Below are positions 25,576 to 32,000 of a DNA stretch of 32,000 nt, one piece after another. The position numbers and the translations under genes were made by a program. The notes under the pieces were generated by a model, which was given only the letters and a program-made list of their open reading frames with translations, did no database searches and was not told where the DNA came from. The stretch covers positions 990,001 through 1,022,000 of the forward strand of contig NZ_CP010904.1 in assembly GCF_001017655.1 (NCBI RefSeq). Direction: 5' to 3'. Source of the DNA: Kiritimatiella glycovorans. GTDB lineage: Bacteria; Verrucomicrobiota; Kiritimatiellia; Kiritimatiellales; Kiritimatiellaceae. How positions within the stretch are numbered: the first letter of the stretch is position 1; each line of letters begins with the position of its first letter.

Positions 25576-25806
25576 ATGAAAGTCAAGACATCCATCACAC
25601 TGTCGGGCGAGGTGCTTGGTATGATTGACAAGCACCACGCGGAATTCCGGAGTCGATCGGAGTTTCTCGAACGCGCCGCAAGGGCCTTCCTGGCGCACCT
25701 CGCTAAAACAGAAGCTGAGCGCCGTGATCTGGAGATCATCAACCGGAATGCCGACGAGCTGAACGCGGAGGCGGAGGACGTGCTGGCCTACCAGGTGGCG
25801 CTGTGA
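25576..25806 (+). CDS. Ribbon-helix-helix (CopG-like) antitoxin
   Basis: 76 aa. [39 protein letters not shown] is a typical RHH N-terminus, followed by an acidic C-terminal tail. GTGA overlap with the downstream MazF/PemK-family toxin gene. Confidence 0.75.
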   Translation: MKVKTSITLSGEVLGMIDKHHAEFRSRSEFLERAARAFLAHLAKTEAERRDLEIINRNADELNAEAEDVLAYQVAL

Positions 25807-26135
25807 GGCGCGGCGAACTCTATCGAGTCAAGCGCCCCTCCACCCGCGATCCCCGCAGGTTCCGCATCTTTGCCGTGGTAAGCCGACAAGTGCTGATCGA
25901 GTCACGGTTCTCAACGGTCATCTGCGCCCCGGTCTACACAGCGTACGAGGGGCTCACGACGCAAGTGCCCGTCGGTACGGATGAAGGGATGAAGCACGAC
26001 TGCGGCATCCATTGCGACGAACTCGTGAGCATCCCGAAAGCCATGCTGACCGACTTCGTCAGCACGCTTCCTCGGGAGAAAATTCTCCGATTGGACGAGG
26101 CGCTGAGAACCGCACTCGAACTTCACAACGACTGA
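25803..26135 (+). CDS. mazF: MazF/PemK-family type II toxin (endoribonuclease)
   Basis: 110 aa. The product reads [12 protein letters not shown]...[17 protein letters not shown]...VICAPVYT...[28 protein letters not shown], matching the RGdi..v...P.vvvS...n...v.v.P.T...dqi.tvdk pattern. Confidence 0.8.
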   Translation: MRRGELYRVKRPSTRDPRRFRIFAVVSRQVLIESRFSTVICAPVYTAYEGLTTQVPVGTDEGMKHDCGIHCDELVSIPKAMLTDFVSTLPREKILRLDEALRTALELHND

Positions 26136-26189
26136 GGCCCGAACAAGGCGCTGCTCACCTTCAACTTGACCGCGGACGGTCAAAATAAA

Positions 26190-26215
26190 GAAACGGGGTC
26201 TGACCGCGTAAGCTG
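26190..26215 (+). repeat. Partial copy of the module-1 left flank
   Basis: GAAACGGGGTCTGACCGCGTAAGCT compared with GAAACGGGGTCTAACCCCCGCAAGCT at 24957-24982. The hexamer-arm hairpin is absent here. Confidence 0.55.
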
Positions 26216-26509
26216 TGCGATCTTGCTCCCATGCCATTGAAAAGAAGGGCGGATGGATTGATCCAGTTACGGCAGGGAGAATGGCTCTTGACTATCTTGC
26301 GGCGGACGGGAGGGTGGAGCAAAACACTCGACAGATGTCTCTACAGAGAGAACCTGTGAGATGGCGAACAACCATCGACTCGTACGTTTCAAACCGCGCC
26401 GCTTCGCGTCCCTGTCTGACACAACGGTCACGCGTGCCGTGGGCCCTGAAATCGAAATGACAAAACGCCCCGTTGCTGGTACTTTCGATGCAAATGGGAG
26501 AAGTCGATC

Positions 26510-26734
26510 ATGACGTATCTGAGTGACCGAATCACAATCGATCCCGAGCAATGCGGGGGACGGCCCTGTGTTCGCGGCATGCGTATCTGCGTGACGGATG
26601 TGCTCGATCTCTACTCGGCAGGTCTGAACGCGAACCAGATTCTCGAAGAGATGCCCCATCTGGAAGATGCGGATCTTAAGGCTTGTCTTCAGTACGCGTC
26701 CAAGCGTATTGACCACCCGGTACTCGCAGCATGA
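26510..26734 (+). CDS. DUF433-domain protein (antitoxin-like partner of DUF5615 PIN-like proteins)
   Basis: ITIDPEQCGGRPCVRGMRICVTDVLDLYSAGLNANQILEEMPHLEDADLKACLQYA matches the DUF433 signature I.idP.icgGkPcirGtRipv..il..l..G.s..eil..yP.l...di.aal.ya. Confidence 0.8.
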   Translation: MTYLSDRITIDPEQCGGRPCVRGMRICVTDVLDLYSAGLNANQILEEMPHLEDADLKACLQYASKRIDHPVLAA

Positions 26735-26880
26735 CCATCTGGATTGATGCCCAGCTTTCGCCTTCCCTGGCGAACTGGATCACGGACACGTTCAGCATCC
26801 CGGCGCAAGCTATTCGACTTCGAAGAACTTTTCATGCGGAACGCCGCATACGGGGCATTTTTCCGGCGGCTGGCCCTTGA
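26731..26880 (+). pseudogene. Truncated DUF5615 (PIN-like) toxin remnant; only about the first 28 codons are family-like
   Basis: Has an ATGA overlap with the DUF433 stop. MTIWIDAQLSPSLANWITDTFSIPAQAIRL resembles the N-terminus M.iWiDAqLsP.lA.Wit.tfgi.a.alRdlGLrdA of DUF5615 proteins, as I recall them. From about 26810 the frame runs antisense through the rubrerythrin 3' end and stops after 49 aa, against about 110 aa expected. Confidence 0.5.
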
Positions 26881-27310
26881 CGGTATTGCCGCAGACTTCG
26901 CAGACGAAAATCTTCTCTTCGCCGAGATCGCTGCCGTCCCGGACCGCCTCCAGCGCCTCGGAGTAGAGCCCGTGATGGATTTCCTCGACCTTGAGCGCGT
27001 GGTTGAACGACCGCTCCGCCGCCTTGTTTCCCTCTTCCTGCGCCTCGCGGAGAAATTTCGGATACATCTCCTGGAATTCAAATCCTTCGCCCTCAATTGC
27101 GGACTGCAGGTTATCGGCGGTGGAGTTGATGCCGCCCATGACGCGGAAGTGCGCGTGGGCATGTACGGTTTCCGCTGCAGCCGCGGCGCGGAAAAGCTTT
27201 GCGACCTGCGGCTTGCCCTCCGCATCCGCCTTTTTCGCGAACGCGAGATACATCCGGTTCGCCTGGCTTTCACCGCCGAAGGCCTCTTTGAGATTGTCCA
27301 TCGTCGACAT
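26810..27310 (-). CDS. rbr: Rubrerythrin
   Basis: GGGAGGA precedes ATG 27310. The product reads MSTMDNLKEAFGGESQANRMYLAFAKKADAEG...ETVHAHAHF...EGEGFEFQEMYPKF...EEIHHGLY, giving the diiron E/ExxH ligands. A C-terminal rubredoxin-like CEVCG...CPVCG follows. 166 aa. Confidence 0.9.
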   Translation of the reverse strand: MSTMDNLKEAFGGESQANRMYLAFAKKADAEGKPQVAKLFRAAAAAETVHAHAHFRVMGGINSTADNLQSAIEGEGFEFQEMYPKFLREAQEEGNKAAERSFNHALKVEEIHHGLYSEALEAVRDGSDLGEEKIFVCEVCGNTVKGQPPEKCPVCGVPHEKFFEVE

Positions 27311-27324
27311 GATATTCCTCCCTG

Positions 27325-27344
27325 GATGATGATGACTCATTAAC
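27325..27344. promoter_or_regulatory. Candidate Fur-family (PerR/Fur) operator upstream of rubrerythrin
   Basis: GATGATGATGACTCATTAAC compared with the E. coli Fur box GATAATGATAATCATTATC gives 16 of 19 matches if one extra nucleotide is allowed. It lies 15-34 nt upstream of the rbr start. This is a by-eye match only. Confidence 0.3.
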
Positions 27345-27488
27345 GCACTTATTAGGCATCTTACGTTGAACCTTCGGGTGAAGAAAAGCTCCGTGTGTGT
27401 ATAATCCGGCTGGCGCGAACGGGAAGATGGTTCTCCGGGAGACAGGCGCCGCAGGCTCGGAAAACGCGAAACGAACATCAGGAAATCT

Positions 27489-30400
27489 ATGGACCGTCCC
27501 GTGAATGCCGATCCCATGACACCGATGCAGCAGGGCATGCTGTACGATTCCCTCTCCGCACCCGGCTCCGGCTTCTATCTTCAACAGCTCGTGGTTACCT
27601 TCGAGGCTCCGCTGGACCGCGACGCCCTGAAGCGGGCATGGGATGAGGTCGCCGGACGACATGAGATCCTGAGAGCCTCGTGTCGATGGACGGGGGAGTG
27701 CGCCCCGAGGCTTCAGTTTGAGGAGGGCATTGAGACGGCCCTGGAAGACGCGGACGGTGCACCGGATGCGGCATTTCTGGAAAAGGACCGGCGGCGCGGC
27801 TTCGATCCTTCAAAGGCGCCGTTATGGCGCGTGACGCTGTTTCCGTTGCACGCCCCCGCAACCCTGGTATGGACCTTTCACCATCTGCTCCTCGACGGAC
27901 GCTCGCACACCCTCATTCTCGACGAGCTCCTCGAGGCCTATGCGGCGATCCGTGCCGGGCGTGCGCCGCAATTTGTGTCGGCCGCCTCTTTCCGGCCGTA
28001 CCTGCAGTGGCTTGCGGGAGAACCTGAGGCCGCTGCGGCTGAATTCTGGTGCGATCGGCTTCCCGAGGAGGTGGTGCCCGCATCGCTGCTCCCGCCCGGT
28101 CTTCCGGAACCCCCGGGTGACGAGGGATGGTATGTCCACCGTGAGAGGGTGCTCAGCGAGGAGACCGGCGCGGAAGTGCATCGCGCCGCGGCGTGGTTCG
28201 GGGTTACGACCAACACCTTGTTTCAGGCGGTCTGGGCGCTTCTCCTGCGGTGGTACAGTGAAGAAGACGCACTTGTATTCGGAGTGACCCGCGCGTGCCG
28301 CCACTGGCGGGGCGAACAGGCTGATACCGCCGCCGGGCTTTTTGCGAACACCACGCCGTTTCCTGTGCGAATAGACCCCGTCGCACCGCTGGGCCCGTGG
28401 CTGGCGGCACTGCGAGCGCAGCAGGTCGAAATGCGTGCGCGTGAACACGATGGGTTGACGCGTATTCGCGAATGGACGGGGAGAACGTCCACCGTTCCTC
28501 TCTTCAAGGCCCTGCTCGTGGTCGAGGGATACGATCTTACGGAACGATTCAGAACGCGGTGGAACGCTGAAGTTGAATTGCACGAGAAACCGAACCTGCT
28601 CACGCTCGGGGTCTACGACGGGTCATGTATTCGGCTCAGCCTCGACGCGCCCGCGGAGATCTACCCCGAGGCTCAGGTTGACCGCTTTCTCGAACAGATC
28701 GAAACCGGACTGAGGAGCCTCGCTCGTTCCGACCCGTCCCGCCTGCTCGATGAGATTGAGTTTGTCTCTCCGGATGAGCGAAGCCTGCAGATCGATCAGT
28801 GGTCCGGGATCGAAGCGCCGTATCCCGACGACTGCGCCGTGCACCGGCTGATCGAGGCGCAGGCGCGAAAGACCCCGGACGCGGTGGCGGTCGAGACTCC
28901 GGACGAGCAGATCAGCTACCGTGAGCTGGATGCGCGCGCGAACCGGCTTGCACGGGTGCTTTTGCGGCTCGGCATCCGCAAAGGGGCCCGCGTCGGGGTC
29001 TGTCTGGATGCGCGCGCTGAACTCGATCTGGCGATGCTCGCAATCTTCAAGGCTGGCGCGGTGTACGTGCCGCTGGATCCGGGGAATCCAGCCGACCGCC
29101 TGACGTTTTATCTGGAGGACAGCGGCGCGGAGCTGGTGCTCACCTGCGCCGAACTTCGCGCGACGGTTCCGGACGTCGGGTGTCCGGTCCTGGAGATCGG
29201 CCTGGAGGGGCCTGAGGGTGAGGACGAATCGGTGGAGCCCCCGGAGGTCGCGGCCGGTCCCGACGATGACGCGTACATACTCTACACCTCGGGTTCGACC
29301 GGCACGCCTAAAGGGGTGATCACCGAGCACGGCGGGCTGTGCAACTGTGCGGAGGCCGAAATCCGGCTCTACGGGCTCGGGCCGGGGGACCGCGTGCTCC
29401 AGTTCTCCACGCCAAGCTTCGACGTCTCAATTTACGAGGTCATGATGGCCCTGACCGTCGGCGCGACGCTGAGAACCGGGACGGCGGCGGATCTCGTGCC
29501 GGGTCCGGCGTTGACGAAGTTTCTGAAACGGCAGCGGATCAGTGCGGTCACCCTGACCCCGACGGTATTGCGGGCCATGCCCTTTGACCCGCTGCCCGAC
29601 CTTCGGGTGCTCGTCTGCTGCGGCGAAGCATGTCCGTCGGATCTCCTCGACGCCTGGGCCGGGGGACGACGTTTCTTCAATGCCTACGGCCCCACGGAGG
29701 TGACGATCTGGTCGACGAGCGACGAGTGCGTTCCCGGCGAAAAACGGCCGTCGATCGGACGGCCGATCCCCAATCTGCGCGTTTATGTGCTCGATGCACA
29801 CCGCCGCCCCGTCCCGGCCGGCGCACCGGGCGAACTCTATATCGGCGGGGCAGGGGTGGGGCGCGGGTACCTCAACCGCCCCGAGCGCACGGCGGAGCAT
29901 TTTCTCCCTGACCCTTTTGACGGACGTGAAGGGGCGAGGATGTACCGCACCGGCGATAAGGTTCGGTATCTTCCCGACGGTCGCATCGATTTTATCCGGC
30001 GCATGGATCGTCAGGTCAAGATTCGCGGCGTGCGCGTGGAACTGGGCGAGATTGAAAGTGTCATCCGGCGGCATCCGGGTGTGGATGATGCCGTTGTTCT
30101 TTTGTGCGACGGGCTTCCGTATGGCTACATCACGGCGGCGGGGGATGCGGCGCCCGAGGATGCTGTGCTTCGCGCCTACCTCGTGGAGCATCTTCCGCGT
30201 GTTCTGATCCCCGTGTCGTTTACGGCGCTGTCCGGCTTTCCCCGGACGCTGAGCGGGAAGGTGGACCGTAAGGCCCTGGAGCGCGGGGCGTTTGAGTCGG
30301 TTGCGCAGGACGGTGCCGCAGAACGCGCGGGGCCGGCGCGAGCGGCGACAGAGGACGAGTTGCAGAGGCTGGATACGTGGAACCTCGAGGCGCAGCGGCC

Positions 30401-32000
30401 CCGCGTGGAGGGAGAGACGGCGGACCGCCTGTTTGATATCGCATGCCTGATGTACCCGGACCGTGTGGCATTACGGCAGGAGGGACGCTCCCTGAGCTAT
30501 CGTGAGCTGGGCCGCCTGGCGAACCGGATCGCGCTTCGGTTGCGCAGGGAGGGAATAGGGGCTGAGGATCCGGTACTGATCTGTGGACGGCGCTCCATCG
30601 AAGCGCTCGTGGCTATGCTGGCGGTCGTGAAGGCCGGGGCGACGTATGTCCCGGTGGATGCCGGAGTACCGGAACGTCGCATGCGCGAGGCGTGCGGGGA
30701 TTGCGGGGCGAGGGCCGTGTTCTGCCCGGAGGCGATCCGGAATGTTTTTGATGCGTGCGCGCTGTGGCTCGATCTGGACGATCCGGAAGGCGAGGGCCGC
30801 GGGGAAGGTTCTCATCCGCCGGAGGTGAAGCCGGATGATCGTCGCCGCGCGTACATCATCTACACCTCCGGGTCAACCGGTCGTCCCAAGGGAGTCGAAA
30901 TCGAACACCGCTCGCTCGTCAACCTCATCCGTTTTTACGTGGAGCGGCTTGAACTCACGGAAAAGGACCGGAGCACCATGCTGGCGAGCATCGCCTTCGA
31001 TGCCTCGGTTGCCGACGGGTGGCCATACCTGTGCTGCGGGGCGTCGGTGTACATTCCGCCCGACGAAAAGCTCCTCGATCCTCCCGCGCTCTTCCGGTGG
31101 ATCGGAGAGGAGGGGATCACGGTGTCCTTCGTGCCGACGGCGCTCGCGGAACGGCTTCTCGAATCGGATCTGTCACCGAAGACCTCGCTGCGGTATCTGC
31201 TGACGGGAGGCGACCGGCTTCGCGTCCGGCCCGCGGCGGGGTTGTCATTCGGGGTGATCAACACCTACGGCCCGACCGAGAACACGGTCGACAGCACGTG
31301 GGATGTCGTCCGCCCCGGCGGAGAAGAGGAGGGTCCGCCTCCGATCGGTCGTCCGATAGCCAATGTAGGGGTCTATGTGCTCGACCCGGACGGCGTGAGA
31401 GTCGCCCCCGGGGAAGAGGGTGAACTGGTGCTGGGGGGGCGGAACGTCGCGCGCGGCTACCTCGGGCGTGGAGACCTTACCCGTGAACGTTTTCCGGTCG
31501 ATCCGTTCTCCGGGGATGGGGCGCGGATGTACCGGACGGGCGACCGGGTACGGTTCCGGGACGACGGGCGACTCGATTTCCTCGGGCGCAAAGATGATCA
31601 GGTGCAGATCCGGGGCCATCGTGTAGAGCCGGGCGAGGTCGAGCATCTCCTGCGCGAAACCTCGGGAGTACGGGACGCTGCGGTGCGCCCGATGGAGGAG
31701 GACGGCGCGGTAACCGCGCTGGCGGCGTGGGTGGTGCCGGAACGACCCGGGGCCGCGGAAACCCTGACGGCGGCGCGTGAGGCGGCTCGTGCAGAACTTC
31801 CGGCCTACATGGTTCCCGCGGCCTGGGCGATGCTGGATGAACTGCCTCGGAACGCCTCGGGTAAAGTCGACCGTGAGGCGCTGCCCGCGCCGAACGTGTT
31901 CGAATCGGCGGGGGCGGGAGAGGTTCCGGCGACAGAGCGGGAACGCGAGCTGGCCGCGGTGTGGGAGGAAGTACTCGATGTGGGCCGCATCGGACGCGAC
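27489..32000 (+). CDS. Non-ribosomal peptide synthetase, 5' 4.5 kb: C - A - A - start of T; continues past the window end
   Basis: Not in the ORF track because there is no stop in the window. Frame 0 is open for 1504 codons by my reading, and no track ORF occupies that frame. C domain: MTPMQQGMLYDSL, HHLLLDG (27879-27899). A1: ISYRELDARANRLA, TSGSTGTPKG (29286-29315), NAYGPTE, YRTGD, KIRGVRVELGEIE, SGKVDRKAL (30252-30278). A2: LSYRELGRLANRIA, TSGSTGRPKG (30864-30893), NTYGPTE, YRTGD, QIRGHRVEPGEVE, SGKVDREAL (31857-31883). ERELAAVWEEVLDVGRIGRD is the start of a carrier domain. Confidence 0.9.
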   Translation, partial: MDRPVNADPMTPMQQGMLYDSLSAPGSGFYLQQLVVTFEAPLDRDALKRAWDEVAGRHEILRASCRWTGECAPRLQFEEGIETALEDADGAPDAAFLEKDRRRGFDPSKAPLWRVTLFPLHAPATLVWTFHHLLLDGRSHTLILDELLEAYAAIRAGRAPQFVSAASFRPYLQWLAGEPEAAAAEFWCDRLPEEVVPASLLPPGLPEPPGDEGWYVHRERVLSEETGAEVHRAAAWFGVTTNTLFQAVWALLLRWYSEEDALVFGVTRACRHWRGEQADTAAGLFANTTPFPVRIDPVAPLGPWLAALRAQQVEMRAREHDGLTRIREWTGRTSTVPLFKALLVVEGYDLTERFRTRWNAEVELHEKPNLLTLGVYDGSCIRLSLDAPAEIYPEAQVDRFLEQIETGLRSLARSDPSRLLDEIEFVSPDERSLQIDQWSGIEAPYPDDCAVHRLIEAQARKTPDAVAVETPDEQISYRELDARANRLARVLLRLGIRKGARVGVCLDARAELDLAMLAIFKAGAVYVPLDPGNPADRLTFYLEDSGAELVLTCAELRATVPDVGCPVLEIGLEGPEGEDESVEPPEVAAGPDDDAYILYTSGSTGTPKGVITEHGGLCNCAEAEIRLYGLGPGDRVLQFSTPSFDVSIYEVMMALTVGATLRTGTAADLVPGPALTKFLKRQRISAVTLTPTVLRAMPFDPLPDLRVLVCCGEACPSDLLDAWAGGRRFFNAYGPTEVTIWSTSDECVPGEKRPSIGRPIPNLRVYVLDAHRRPVPAGAPGELYIGGAGVGRGYLNRPERTAEHFLPDPFDGREGARMYRTGDKVRYLPDGRIDFIRRMDRQVKIRGVRVELGEIESVIRRHPGVDDAVVLLCDGLPYGYITAAGDAAPEDAVLRAYLVEHLPRVLIPVSFTALSGFPRTLSGKVDRKALERGAFESVAQDGAAERAGPARAATEDELQRLDTWNLEAQRPRVEGETADRLFDIACLMYPDRVALRQEGRSLSYRELGRLANRIALRLRREGIGAEDPVLICGRRSIEALVAMLAVVKAGATYVPVDAGVPERRMREACGDCGARAVFCPEAIRNVFDACALWLDLDDPEGEGRGEGSHPPEVKPDDRRRAYIIYTSGSTGRPKGVEIEHRSLVNLIRFYVERLELTEKDRSTMLASIAFDASVADGWPYLCCGASVYIPPDEKLLDPPALFRWIGEEGITVSFVPTALAERLLESDLSPKTSLRYLLTGGDRLRVRPAAGLSFGVINTYGPTENTVDSTWDVVRPGGEEEGPPPIGRPIANVGVYVLDPDGVRVAPGEEGELVLGGRNVARGYLGRGDLTRERFPVDPFSGDGARMYRTGDRVRFRDDGRLDFLGRKDDQVQIRGHRVEPGEVEHLLRETSGVRDAAVRPMEEDGAVTALAAWVVPERPGAAETLTAAREAARAELPAYMVPAAWAMLDELPRNASGKVDREALPAPNVFESAGAGEVPATERERELAAVWEEVLDVGRIGRD

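Noticed and set aside
26361-26513. 50-aa ORF (MANNHRLVRFKPRRFASLSD...) ending in an ATGA overlap with the DUF433 start, and the 81-aa ORF 26215-26460
   Set aside because: No family resemblance and no obvious ribosome-binding site. DUF433 proteins normally stand alone at about 75 aa. The overlap may be chance, but it is worth a quick profile search.

Overview
High-GC chromosomal segment from a Gram-negative-type bacterium (lpxA, lspA, TRAP transporter). A PVC-group or Bacteroidota-related lineage is only a guess. Most of the window is housekeeping. On the minus strand: nth (partial), a SAM methyltransferase, a PIN protein and a bactofilin-like membrane protein. On the plus strand: SDR-folB, a host-attachment-family gene, ileS, a DksA-like gene, lspA, miaA, hflX, a hybrid histidine kinase, radC-lpxA-PHP, a Tat metallophosphoesterase, a long PurF-like gene and fbaB. 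A lipid kinase and the dctPQM operon lie on the minus strand. Many neighbours share ATGA/GTGA start-stop overlaps, which suggests operons. The accessory part is 24.7-32 kb. It holds 0.9 kb of non-coding patchwork repeats, a lower-GC islet with mazEF and a DUF433 antitoxin whose PIN-like toxin is truncated, a rubrerythrin gene, and a large NRPS gene. The ORF track omits the NRPS because it runs off the window end. I read its architecture as C-A-A-T(start), with no carrier domain between two intact adenylation domains. The signal I could not assign to any family I recall is a modular nested-hairpin repeat with GTACTC/GAGTAC hexamer arms. It occurs at 4.85 kb and 25.0 kb, and the two copies differ by compensatory substitutions in a small stem. 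Its 4.85-kb copy lies in a 380-bp insert upstream of ileS that is bracketed by 82-bp direct repeats. I saw no rRNA, tRNA, CRISPR array, transposase, integrase or reverse transcriptase. All alignments and identity counts were done by hand.
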